In this document: in pieces, positions 32,218-42,674 of the stretch
How positions within the stretch are numbered: position 1 is the stretch's first letter
Layout of the letters: the number at the start of each line of letters is the position of its first letter
Source: Pelagomonas calceolata
Lineage: Eukaryota
Direction: 5' to 3'
Assembly: GCA_918797485.1 (NCBI GenBank)
Contig: CAKKNE010000006.1
Coordinates: forward strand, 186,001-250,000
DNA: 64,000 bases
Notes under the pieces: generated by a model
Database searches by the model: none
The model's input: the letters and a program-made list of their open reading frames with translations, nothing else
What the model was told of the DNA's origin: nothing
Program-made: the position numbers and the translations under genes

Positions 32218-34683
32218 CTAGTTATCCTCGGCGGCCTGGAGCGGCTCGCCCTCCCCCTCCAATAATGCCGCGAACCACCCGAGAAACGTCCCCCGCCGCA
32301 AGACGCCGTGGCCGCCCGGGTCCGCGAAGAACCGCTGCCGGTCCATCTCCGCCTGACCGAGCACGTCCCTTAATCCAAGCTTCTCGCACAACTCATCAAA
32401 ATGATTCATCGAGAGCTCGCCCTCCTTCGCCTCGTCCAGCCGGTCGAACCAGTCCGCGGCGTCCCGTAACTGGGCCACGAGGTCGTCGGCCGCGCTTTGC
32501 GGTTCGTCGTCGTCCCGCGGCGCGAAGAAGTTCACGTCGTCCTCTTCCCCTTCCGAGTCGTCCTCGACGCCCTCATCCTCGTCCTCGTCGCGCGGCGCGA
32601 AAAAAGTGTGGTCCTCCGCCACGCGCACGAAGCCGCCCACGTCGTCCTCGTCGTCATCAGAACCTTCCGCCCTTTTCCTCAGCTCCTCGTACTTGTCTCG
32701 CAACTCATCGACCGTCCTCTGGGCGAGCGCGGGAAACTTCGCTTGGATCGAGACCCAGTCGCCGCCGTGGAGGCGGTGGCCGTCGACCACGGCCTCCTCC
32801 TCCGCCTCCGTCCAGCCGTCGTCGTCGGAGCGCGGGCTCCACGTTTCAGCGGCGTCGTCGTCGTTCGTCGCCGGCGGCGTCCAGGCGTCCGTCGAGGTTG
32901 TGGGAGGCGGCGGCCAGGCGTCGTCCTCCTCAGGTGGTGCGGGCTGCTTGGGCGCCGGCTCGGGCGATGGGGGCGGCGGCTCTGATGGAGGCGTCGGCGC
33001 CGGCATGGGAGGAGGCGCCTTCTGGGGCGTCGGCGGCGCGTTCTCGTCGACGTACGCGACCGTCGAGCGCGTCGCCGGCTCGCTCGTATTCTTGCGAGGT
33101 GGCGGGGCATTGAGCCAGGGCCAGGCCTTGCCGCGCTCGGTCGACACGCGCCGTCTGACCTCGACGTCGTACATCGCGCGCTTGTAGCCGTCCAACAAAA
33201 TCTCCTTGGCCTCGTTGACGCGCCGGAAGTGCTTTTCCGCGCGCTTCGCGGCGTCGGGATCGTTTTTGGCCGTGCGATCGGGATGCCACTTCAAAGAAGC
33301 CGTCCGGTAGGCCTTCCTCACGGCGTCGTCGTCGGCTGTGGACGGTAGCGCCAGCACGGCATAATGCGTCGCCTCGTGGCAGTCGCGCGCAAACGACGCG
33401 CGGGCCCGCCACTGCGTCGCACGCTCGTCGCGCGCTTCCCTCGATGCGTCGTCGAAACTACGAGAGGCACCCTCGAAGTCATACAAAAGCTCGAGGCACT
33501 CGCCCAGGACCGCGGCGGCGTTCGCATATACCGAATTATTGGACGCGGCGGCGTGGCGCTGGAGCGCTTTTCTCGCGTGGTCGCTCGCCGCGGTGGCGTC
33601 CTTTAATCGCAAAGAGGCCTTGGCGCAGTTGAGTTCCAAGCGAGCGAGGTCGATCTCGGACGGCGCGGCCTCGCCGTCTTCCACCGATCCCGCACCTTGT
33701 AAAGCCGCCGCAAAGTGCCGTCTCGCGCTCGAGAAGTCGCGCCGCCGCCAGGCTCGGTTGCCCGCGGCGGACGCGTTCCAGAAGCGTTCTGCTGGTGATG
33801 AGAAGCTTTGACACGCGGCGCCTTTGGCTAATGTGGAGGCCGTGCTTTCGCCATTGTACAGGTCGGCGTCGGCGCCCGCCCTTAGTAAAGAGGTCGCGGC
33901 CTCCGCATTCCCTAAAGACGCGGCGACCATGAGCGCCGTGTTTCCCGAAGCATCGGCCGCGTCGAGCAGGTCGGGCACGCCCGCCTGGGGCGCCGTGAGG
34001 TCCGACTCCAGTATTAATTCAAGACAGGGCGCCGAGCCGCCTCGCGCCGCGTCGTGTAACGGTGTGCCCTCTGTACTTCTGAGGTCGTCCTGGAGCGCCC
34101 CTCGTCGTATCAGCAGCCCGGCGGCAGCGTCGTGGCCGTTCTTACACGCCTCGCGCAGGCAACTCAGTAACAATCTAGCATAATGCGTCGCGCGCGGCTC
34201 CGGCTGCAGCGCCCTCCTCAATGCGACGACGTCGCCTCGCTGTGCCAGCGCGACGACGTCGTCCTCCCGCAGCGATTTTTGACCCGTCTTTTTTAAGAGA
34301 GAAACCTCGTGCCTTAATGCAACAAGTTCCTTGACGAAGTCGTCTCGGGCATCTCGCGTTTGATCTTTCAAGAGTCGCGCCTCGTCCTTCGCTTCGCGGG
34401 TTCTCCGCTGTTCGGTGTCGAGCGCGGCCTTCAGCCGGGCGATTTCCCGCGCCGCGTCGCCGAGCTGGCCCTTGAGCTCGTCCTCGCTGCGCTTCTGGCG
34501 GGCCTCCCGCGCTTCGGCGTCGAGGCTCAGCTCGTACAACCTATCACTGAGGCGCCAGCCGTCGTCCTTCGGCTTGTCGGCTTTGTAGCCCTTGGCGCTG
34601 TAGAGACCTTCCCGCGCGGCGTAGCCGCGCGAGGCTCTCGCCGCGTAGCCGTCGAAGCCGCCTTGGCGCTCGTAGGCCGCCAT
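32218..34683 (-). CDS. Coiled-coil + ankyrin + TPR + DnaJ (HPD) + Myb-like + EF-hand-like multidomain protein
   Basis: TPLHDAARGG, GNTALMVAA; HYAVL..VRKAYRTASLKWHPDR; WTEAEE..G..LHG.DW..I...RT. Confidence 0.8.
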   Translation of the reverse strand: MAAYERQGGFDGYAARASRGYAAREGLYSAKGYKADKPKDDGWRLSDRLYELSLDAEAREARQKRSEDELKGQLGDAAREIARLKAALDTEQRRTREAKDEARLLKDQTRDARDDFVKELVALRHEVSLLKKTGQKSLREDDVVALAQRGDVVALRRALQPEPRATHYARLLLSCLREACKNGHDAAAGLLIRRGALQDDLRSTEGTPLHDAARGGSAPCLELILESDLTAPQAGVPDLLDAADASGNTALMVAASLGNAEAATSLLRAGADADLYNGESTASTLAKGAACQSFSSPAERFWNASAAGNRAWRRRDFSSARRHFAAALQGAGSVEDGEAAPSEIDLARLELNCAKASLRLKDATAASDHARKALQRHAAASNNSVYANAAAVLGECLELLYDFEGASRSFDDASREARDERATQWRARASFARDCHEATHYAVLALPSTADDDAVRKAYRTASLKWHPDRTAKNDPDAAKRAEKHFRRVNEAKEILLDGYKRAMYDVEVRRRVSTERGKAWPWLNAPPPRKNTSEPATRSTVAYVDENAPPTPQKAPPPMPAPTPPSEPPPPSPEPAPKQPAPPEEDDAWPPPPTTSTDAWTPPATNDDDAAETWSPRSDDDGWTEAEEEAVVDGHRLHGGDWVSIQAKFPALAQRTVDELRDKYEELRKRAEGSDDDEDDVGGFVRVAEDHTFFAPRDEDEDEGVEDDSEGEEDDVNFFAPRDDDEPQSAADDLVAQLRDAADWFDRLDEAKEGELSMNHFDELCEKLGLRDVLGQAEMDRQRFFADPGGHGVLRRGTFLGWFAALLEGEGEPLQAAEDN

Positions 34684-35109
34684 CGCGGCAGCGCTGCGGT
34701 CAGGGCGTGATTGCTGCGTATCGACACTCCAGCGGCTGGTGCAGGTCGGCGCTGCAATTAAAAATCTCGGCAAACGTCTCGAGATGAGCCCTCGAACCCG
34801 ATTTGTTTTGTGAATTGAGTACGACGGAATTTGCATTTATTAACGGCCGGAGATGAGTCGTGCGATGCATCTTCATGCCGATGCTGAATTGGCGCGGCCG
34901 TCTGCGTCCGGCGCGGGATGCAGCCAGCTTAAAATCTCTGAGCCAAGGAGGCGTGCATCCGTGAAGCAAACAGGCATATTTCGAGCACTGGCCACTGCTT
35001 TAAACGCTACGGGCACCACGGCCACAGCGGCACACAACTGGAGCACAGCACAGCCCTGCACAGAGGCTAGAAGGAGCGTCGACGCCATCGACGCGACGAT
35101 ACAACAGCG

Positions 35110-37356
35110 ATGGCCTCCTACTACGGCCTAGGAATAAGAGCAGTCGCCGACTCGCCGACCGTCGTTAAAGAGCTCGAGGCCCAAGACGACGCGACGAAGC
35201 TCACGCTCTTCGGCTGCGGGCTTAGAAGTCTGCGCGGCCTGCCTCCGCTCCGACAGCTGACGGAGCTCGTCCTCGCGGCGAACGAGCTCGGCCCATCATT
35301 AGACGCGTTGTTTCCGGCGCTCGCCGTTTGTGGTCTCCTGACGAAGCTGGACCTCAGTCAAAATGCGCTCGAAACTCTCGTCACATCACATAAACTCCCG
35401 TCCCTGGATGTCCTGGACTGCTCCGCCAACAAGCTACGATCTCTGGACGGCCTGGCCACCTTCGCGCCGTCCCTCAAAACATGCAAAACACAAGACAACC
35501 TGGAACCGCTCGAGTGGCAAAATGATGACGACGTGGACGCGTTGGTAGAAAGGGCCCTCCGCACGTCGGTGGAGGTCCCGCGACCTTCGGAAAGGCGGAA
35601 AATGGCGGCGATGGCGTCGGCCACGACGGTCCAATTCGAGGAAGCGAGACGGCAAAGACTGCGCGCCGACGCGGTCGAGAAGGAGAACGCCATGCTCGAC
35701 GAGGCGTTGGTGGCGGCGCATGCCAGAGTTGAGGAGCTCGAGGAGCGGCTGAAGAGTTGCCAGCAGCAGGTTTCTTCCGCGGAGCGCAAGGCTACGCGTT
35801 CCCTGAGGCGGGCCGAGGCCGAGGCGCAAGATGTGTTACGTAAAGCGGCGGCGCGGCGCGTCGTGGGCGCGCTGCGACGATATGAAGACGGCGCTTCCAT
35901 GAAATCGGTGCGCGACGTCTTTGTCTACTGGCGGCGCGGTACGCATGCGGTTACCTCGCAGAGTATGGAAGCCAAGCACGCCGCGGCCTGCGATTCACTA
36001 AGAAAGGACCTCGAGGCGGCGCATCAACGCCACGCGGCATTGAGTGATGAACTGACCGAGGCGCACGACGAGCGCCTCGCGGTCGAGGCGGGCCGATTGA
36101 GCGCGGCCGAGGCCCGCACCGAGCAGTTGGAAGCGCGGCACACGACCCGTATGGACGAGCGGGAGGCGGCTCTAGAAGCTTCACTGCATGCGCGCGCGGC
36201 GGATGATGATAGAAGGCGCGCGGCCGAGGTCAGACAAAGGAGCGACCTGGAACGGGCACTCAATGCGGAACTAATAAAAGAGCGACGAGAGGCCGACGAC
36301 CGCTTCGCGCACGCGGCCGCGGCCGGCGCCGTCGCGTTCTCGGCTATCGAACAGCGGGCGGCCTCGAGTGATGCGGCCCTTATGGAAGCGCGGAGCCGCG
36401 ACGCGAGCGCGCGCCAGCAGCTCGCGGAGCTGAAACGGGCCTACGCGGCGCTCGCGGCGCGCGAGGCCGACACGGAGGCGCGCGCGACGCAAGGCGCCGC
36501 GCGCGAGGCCGCGCTCCGCGACGCGCTCGCCGAGGTGTCCGAGTTCACGCGGCTCCAGAAGGCGGCGCTGGTGGACGCGACGGCGGCCTCCCAGCGGGCC
36601 GAGGCCGCGCGGCATGAGGCCGTGACGGCATTACGCCGCGACCGCGCCGCGTTCCGACAGCGGCTGGACGCGGCGGAGGCGGAGGCGGCTTCGCTGAATG
36701 CGCGGCGGCGCGACGACGAGGCCGAGCGCGCCCGCTTAGACGCCCTCGTGCACGAGTCCGTCGAAGCCGCCGAGGAGGCGCGGCGTGTTGTGTTAGAGAG
36801 GGACGAGATGGTGCGGGAGGTGCGCGCGTCGCAGGAGGCGGCCGACGCCGCTGCGGCCGCGTCCAGTAACGAGCGGTCGCGCCTTCATGAATCAGTAGAC
36901 GAATTGCACGAGGAACTGGACAAAGCGCGGCGCGCCGCCGACGACGGCGGCCGCAAGCTCCGACTCTCGAGGGAAGCGGAGCGGCGGCTGCGCGGCGTCG
37001 TCGCGGAGCTCAGGGCGCACCCGCGCGACGACCACGAACTCGAAACGGTCGAGGCGCGGCTCGCCGAGCGCGAGCGCGAACTGAAGTACGCGGAGGCGGA
37101 GCTCGCGGGCCTTTCTTCCGTGTTCGAAGCCAAGGAGCGGGACCTGCGCGCGGGCCTGGAGGCGGAGCGGCGCCAGCTCGAGGCGCGGGCGCGCGAGGCG
37201 GTGGATACGGCCGAGCAGGCCCAGGCCGACGCTATTGATGCGCGGAACTTAGTCGGGGAGTTGCGGGGGCGGCTGCGCGGCGCGCTCGAGAAAACTGCGC
37301 CCGCCGCGCCGGAGACGGAGCCCCCACCAGATCCTCCGAGCGCGTGTCCGTACTAA
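35110..37356 (+). CDS. Leucine-rich-repeat + coiled-coil protein (LRRCC1/VFL1-like architecture)
   Basis: LxxLxLxxN repeats (LTELVLAANEL, LTKLDLSQNAL, LDVLDCSANKL) followed by a long coiled coil. Confidence 0.72.
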   Translation: MASYYGLGIRAVADSPTVVKELEAQDDATKLTLFGCGLRSLRGLPPLRQLTELVLAANELGPSLDALFPALAVCGLLTKLDLSQNALETLVTSHKLPSLDVLDCSANKLRSLDGLATFAPSLKTCKTQDNLEPLEWQNDDDVDALVERALRTSVEVPRPSERRKMAAMASATTVQFEEARRQRLRADAVEKENAMLDEALVAAHARVEELEERLKSCQQQVSSAERKATRSLRRAEAEAQDVLRKAAARRVVGALRRYEDGASMKSVRDVFVYWRRGTHAVTSQSMEAKHAAACDSLRKDLEAAHQRHAALSDELTEAHDERLAVEAGRLSAAEARTEQLEARHTTRMDEREAALEASLHARAADDDRRRAAEVRQRSDLERALNAELIKERREADDRFAHAAAAGAVAFSAIEQRAASSDAALMEARSRDASARQQLAELKRAYAALAAREADTEARATQGAAREAALRDALAEVSEFTRLQKAALVDATAASQRAEAARHEAVTALRRDRAAFRQRLDAAEAEAASLNARRRDDEAERARLDALVHESVEAAEEARRVVLERDEMVREVRASQEAADAAAAASSNERSRLHESVDELHEELDKARRAADDGGRKLRLSREAERRLRGVVAELRAHPRDDHELETVEARLAERERELKYAEAELAGLSSVFEAKERDLRAGLEAERRQLEARAREAVDTAEQAQADAIDARNLVGELRGRLRGALEKTAPAAPETEPPPDPPSACPY

Positions 37357-37913
37357 TGACTGGGGGTTTTGTAGTCCGTCTCGTTCGCTCCTTCTCAAGT
37401 GCAGCACCCCAGGCCAAAGTTAAGCTGCTAAATTTAAGGTCAAGTCGCAAAAAGCGGTGCGTAGAGATTGAAAATCGGTTGTTTTGAACGTGTTTTCTTA
37501 CCTTTTTTGCCGGCGATCAGACGCTCCGAGCGCTCGCACAGCTGCTGAGTCACAGCGCTTTCAGTTGAGTTGCATAAAGCTCTGTCTGTCGATTGCGCCT
37601 TTAGACCCGGATTGGCCGCCGCGCGGACGGGCCAGGCTTTGGCGTCAACCACGGGGACAGCTGAGCGGTAACAGGTCATTCCACCCGCTCCGCGAAACCG
37701 CCGTCGGAAACGGAGCATGGCCGAGCTCGTCGGCGAGGCGCTGGCGCCGGGCGCCGGCGCCGCCATGGTCACGCCCGAGGCCTCGCCGGGCCTGACGCCG
37801 TGCGGCTGCCGCATCCTGCCGACGCAATTCTTCCAGTGACCGCTCGGGACCCTCCTCCTCTGGAGGTTTCCCCCGGGCAAGCCTGCGAATCTGAACACTG
37901 TAACTACTAGCTA

Positions 37914-38744
37914 CTACGACAGCACAAGCCCCGAGACGTCGGGCGGCGGCGGCGGGGGCGGCTCCGCGTCAGCTTCCTCGTCGTCGGCTTCCTCGTCGTC
38001 GGCTTCGTCGTCGGACTCCGCCGCCGGCGGCAGGTCGCCGTCGGCTTCCTCGTCGTCGGACTCCGCCGGTGGCAGGTCGCCGTCGGCGAGGTACCCGCCC
38101 TCGGGCGCAGCGCGTGCCGCGCGCGCCTCGGCGCGCGCGGCCTCGCAGTCCGCGAGGAAGCGCGCCTCGGCGGCCGCGACGCCGTCGCCGTCGACCGCCG
38201 CCGCGTACGCCTCGAACGCGTCCGCGTTCAGCGCGAAGAAGGCTCCGCCCGACGCGAAGGGCGCCAGCAGCAGCTCCGCGTCCCGTACCAAACCGGCGAT
38301 GCGCAGCGCGGCGGCCAGCGCCTCCGCCGTGTTCAGGTAGAGCGGCTTGCCGTAGTTCACCTCGTTGGCGGCCACGAGGAACGGCAGCCGCCGCCGGAGC
38401 TCGGGCCGGCCGAGCGCCGAGAAGGGCACGGCGTCGAGGCCGCGCCAGGAGCAGTTCACGCCCGCGAGGCCCTGGGCCGCTATGATGGGCGCGTCCGCCG
38501 GCGACAGGACTTGGGGGGCGTCCGCCGCGAGGACGATCCCCCGGAAGGCCGCGCGCGCGTCGAGCCGGCGCGCCAGGCCCTGGCGGACGAGCTTCGAGCC
38601 GCTGTCGCGCCGCGCGTCGTTCTGCGAGAACTCCCAGAGGCAGACGCGCGTCGCCAGCGGCGACGGTTGTGCCGCGGCGGCGCCGCCCCGGCCGCGGCCG
38701 CCCCGGCCGCGGCCGCGGCCGCGGCCGCGCCTCCCGCCGGCCAT
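37914..38744 (-). CDS. TSR3: 18S rRNA aminocarboxypropyltransferase Tsr3
   Basis: WEFSQND..RDSGSKL, LSPAD, NCSW, RRLPFLVAANEVNYGKP..LNTAEALAAAL. Confidence 0.92.
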   Translation of the reverse strand: MAGGRRGRGRGRGRGGRGRGGAAAAQPSPLATRVCLWEFSQNDARRDSGSKLVRQGLARRLDARAAFRGIVLAADAPQVLSPADAPIIAAQGLAGVNCSWRGLDAVPFSALGRPELRRRLPFLVAANEVNYGKPLYLNTAEALAAALRIAGLVRDAELLLAPFASGGAFFALNADAFEAYAAAVDGDGVAAAEARFLADCEAARAEARAARAAPEGGYLADGDLPPAESDDEEADGDLPPAAESDDEADDEEADDEEADAEPPPPPPPDVSGLVLS

Positions 38745-38948
38745 CAGGCTGCGCGATGGAGGTGCTTGCAGCCACCTTGTGCAATGCGCGGCGACTGGTG
38801 ATTTGTTGCGTTTGGAAAGCGCTGGCCGCAATCAATCATCACGTGGCACGCCCTCGACGCGGCACAGGTGCGCTAGTTTTGTCTCTTGAGCTGCTTGCCA
38901 TTTTGTCAGAGCAGCTCTCACACGAGGTGGCACCGCCGCATTGCAAGC

Positions 38949-39672
38949 ATGCGTGCAGAACGCCTTCTCGCAGGCGTCCTCGCGACGGCTGCAGCCTTGA
39001 GCCCCACGGCCACGCGCCGCCAGCTGGCTGGCGGGCTCGCCGGCGGAGGCCTTGCCTTGGTCGCGCCGCCAGCTTTAGCCGCCGACGTCCTCGAGATCCC
39101 GCCGGCGACGACGAAGATGGGCGGCCTCCTCGAGAAGTACGCGGACGCGACGCGCGGCGCCGAAAACTCGTACGAACCCCTGCACGCCGTAGGCGCCGGC
39201 TCGCCGTCGACGCGGACGTCGTGACGAAGTACAGGCCGCGCCCGACTCGCGCCGCGCGCAGGTGAACCGCGGCTTCCGCCTCTTGAAGCCGACGACCTGG
39301 AACCAGTTCGACGGCGAGCCCGGCGCCTATGATGTCAGATGGGTCGACGTCGTCGCGCCCGCGGAGAGCGTGACGCTGTCGACGTCTTCCTACAATGCCG
39401 GCCAGAGCATCGAGGACCTCGCGGCCGTCGATAAATTAGGAGCGAAGCTTGCGGCCGCGCGCGGGACGCTGACGGGGGCGCGCGCGCGGCGGAGCGACTC
39501 CATCCTCTTCTACGACTACTCGTTCAGTGGAGAGGGGCGCAGGGAGCTGTTGACCATGTGCGTGCACAAGGGGCGGCTCTGGCAGCTCACGGCCAAGGCG
39601 CCCGAGGCGTCCTGGGGCAAGCGCGAGGCGCTGTACCTGAACGTCGTCGGGTCCTTCGTGCCGAAGCTCTAG
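38949..39672 (+). CDS. PsbP-like thylakoid lumen protein; GC-AG intron 39147-39261
   Basis: Signal peptide + twin-Arg (TRRQL) + ALA cleavage; GFRLLKPTTW, FYDYSF, GRLWQL..KAPE..W, SF; spliced length 609 nt is in frame. Confidence 0.8.
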
Positions 39673-39878
39673 CGTGTAAGAAGTGTGGTCCCTCCTGCCG
39701 ACGAGGGTTGCGGCTGCTGTACTTATGCTAGAGCCCCCCGCGACACGCGCCCCGCCTACCTGCACGCGGAGCACGTAGCGCGCCCGCCCGCGTGGGGCTC
39801 TTCTCCTCGACCATCGCCACTTCCTCGGACGGCGGCATCTCAGCGTCGCAATCCCTCTTGTCTCTGGCTCGTCGCGGG

Positions 39879-40212
39879 CGGTAGCTGTGGCAAGGGCTAT
39901 TACGACGAAGCTGAAAACTGCGTGAAGCAAGACACGGCGAACTGCTGCAAGTGCCCAAAGGACCCTAAGTCGTTCAACTACAAAGGGTGCAACTGCGTGG
40001 AAAAGGAGCGGTACTGTTCTGGGGATCTGGAGGAGTACCAATTAGTGTCGGGGGGGTCCGCGCCGGAGTTGTTTGACAATCTGGAGGACGCGCCGGAGTT
40101 GTTAGACGACCCGGAGGACGAGGGCGGCAAGGGCGACAAGGGCGAGAAGGGCGAAAAGAAGGGCAAAAAGGAAAAGAAGGGCAAAAAGGAAAAGAAGGGT
40201 AAGAAGCGCTAA
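39879..40212 (+). CDS. Possible Cys-rich/Lys-rich exon or gene fragment
   Basis: Cys-rich segment, duplicated APEL(F/L)D..ED and GKKEKK repeats; no clear start. Confidence 0.3.
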
Positions 40213-40680
40213 AGCCGCCGCGAGGCCGCCCGCGAACAAGGTCGCGCGCCGCGCGGAAATTAACCGGGCGCGCGCCGTCGACGGCGTCTGAAATTCGGTA
40301 TCCTCGCAGGCCGCGGGCGGACGCCTCGACACCAAGAGCCCGGCGCGGGGGCGCCGCCGGGAGACGCCTATGTACACACGCCGTCGCGGAGACGACGGCA
40401 TCGACTTTCCCTTCCCCCCCTGTACCTGACGACGCAAGACCGACACCGCCGCGCATGACTGACCCCCACCGTTTTTCCGGCACAAGGGGTCACGACCAGG
40501 CGACGCTCGTATCTAGCACGCAAGACGCCACACGCTGAAGCCAAATCGTCCCTGGGAGTCCCGAGCCTGCCCGCGTAATCTCATGACTTCGAAAAGACTA
40601 GACCCCCGGCGGCGCCGTCGACCTCTTGAGGACGACGGCGTGCGTCCTCCCCGCGTCGAGTGGAGAGTAGGAGTCAAAAA

Positions 40681-42213
40681 TTAGGCCGGCCGCGCCGGAA
40701 ACCGGAGGAGGTCGACGACGTCGCGGAGCTCGGCGCCCTCGCGGACCAGCCATGTCGCGAAGGCCCCGCGCGCGGCGGCGGCGACCTGTGTGGAAATCAA
40801 ATTTCGGGCGCCCCACGCAATTTTCTCCGTAGCTGCGTCTGCTCGATGGCGTGAAGTTTCCAGGCCATCGACGCGACATCATCGCCGTGACCGCACGCCA
40901 TCGACGCGATATTTTCTCCGTAGCTGCGTCTGCTCGATGGCGTGAAGTTTCCAGGCCATCACAACCTAACTCACTGGTTGATTTCCACACAGATCGCGAC
41001 CGCGGCGGCGCGGTCGGGGCCGAGGCGCGTGGCCCCGGCGAGCGCCGCGCGCGCGCGGTCGGCCCGCGCGTGGCGCGCGTCCAGGGCTGCGACATGGTCC
41101 GCAGGCAGCGGCAGCGGCGGCGGCTCGGCGGCCCCGCGCCCGGGCGGGCGCAGCAGCGCGGCCGCGTGTCTCCGTGGCGAGGAGCCGGGCGGCGCGGGCG
41201 CCGCGAGCGGCCGGCGCCGCGGCGCCCCCGGGGCGAGGGCGAGCGGCGCGTCCCAGCGGTTCGGCGCGCGGGGCGGCAGCAGCCCCGCCGCCGCGGCGTC
41301 ACGCGCAAGGCCGTCGTAGGCCGCGGCGAGCGGCTCGAGTGCCGCCGGCGCCCCGCCGACGCAGAGCGGCGCGGCCGGCGTGAAGAGGCGCAGCGTCGAC
41401 CTGCGCGCGAATCAACGGTGAGTCGGGGAGAACCGCGAAAAGCGCCGTAAAATTTGATTCGTGCGCTGGCGCCGACTCCGCCGACGCGTCGACGACGACG
41501 CGGTGCGCCGCCGCGGCCAGCACGCATCGCGCGCAGTGCGTCAGCGACGCGACGCGCGCCGCGCCGACGTAGACCAAGCAGTCGACGCAGGCCACGACGC
41601 GCACGCAGCGCACATGATTCGGCACGTAGACACGGCAGTCGCGGCACCGCTCCACGAGAATCGAACATTGGTTTTCATCGACGACGACGACGCTTGACCG
41701 CTTGGAAATGACGACGTCGTCTTCAGATACGTCCTCGAAGAGCGTCTCGGTCAAGGCGCCCGCGACGGGGGCCGTGGCGCGGACCGCGGCGGCCGCGCGC
41801 CGCTCGCGCTTCGCGTGGGGCGCCTCGTCCTCGGCGGCCGCGCGCGTTTGGATGCGGGCCTCGTCCTCGACGACCGCGGGCGCCCGCGACGCCGCGAGCG
41901 CCGCGCGCGTGCCCACGAAGGCCGCGAGGGCCGCGCAGGGCAGCGGCGCGTCCACGGACGCACTCTGATGGAGCGCCAACCCCACAAGCTCCCAGGAGAC
42001 CCGCGCCGACGGCTCGTCCCACCTTAATACATGCCACGCCGTCGAGACCCACGCCGGGTAGGGCGCGCGGTCGCCGCCGGCCTCCTTCCGCAGCGCGTCG
42101 CGGACGGCCGCGGCGTCGTCGAGCGTCAGTCGCTCCTCGGTCGTCGTCGCGCCGTCGGGGCCCCAGCACCAGAGCTGCGTGACCTCGGGCCGCAGTCGGC
42201 CGCGCGGCTCCAT
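40681..42213 (-). CDS. TBCCD1: TBCC-domain-containing protein (TBCCD1-like); introns 41401-41476 and 40786-41000
   Basis: Beta-helix repeats (VERCRDCRVYV, VACVDCLVYVG), LRLFTP, C-terminal FATWL...VVDL; 1242-nt open frame after splicing. Confidence 0.75.
40786..40992 (+). mobile_element. Introner element (subfamily B), antisense to host, with an internal 50-bp duplication
   Basis: TIR ctgtgtggaaatcaa...ttgatttccacacag; TSD gcggcgac/atcgcgac (5/8); direct repeat 40820-40869 = 40911-40960. Confidence 0.9.
41401..41468 (-). mobile_element. Short decayed introner; TSD gcgtcgac/gcgccgac
   Basis: Degenerate TIRs, retains aaattttacggcgc; 7/8 TSD; the 76-nt GT-AG intron restores the frame. Confidence 0.8.
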
Positions 42214-42674
42214 TGGTCCAAGTTTCAACGGTTTAGCCCAGCTTCTTGGGAGGACCAGTAGACCCCTATCGCCAGCTATAACCCGACTCTGGTTCGCGCC
42301 CGCGCCCGTCAAGGCGCTTTTGCACTGCAGCCTCCCCCAATTGCTCCCGACAGTTGCGTTTCGCCCCTGTCGTCACGCGAAACTTGTGTGTAGCGCGTTG
42401 ACAAAGCAAGAGCTCTTTGGATCTCGCAGGATCTCGCACAAGCACTGTGTTTTGTTAATCGGCGGCTGATTCTAGTGTCTTACAGGACGCTAGCAAGCGG
42501 GAGAGGCAGAGGACAAAAGCTTTTTTGACACATTGTACCGCGCTTGTGGATACCCGTTGTACCGCAGCGCTTTGTTTTCGTCACCCATTTCATGTTGGCT
42601 GCCAACAACCAAAATTCTGACGTCTTCAGGTAGCTTTCAGCATTACAGAGCAAGACCACTTGTGCTACATCATC

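Noticed and set aside
11633..38744. Ribosome-biogenesis cluster (NOB1, RRN3, TSR3)
   Set aside because: Separated by many unrelated genes; compatible with chance
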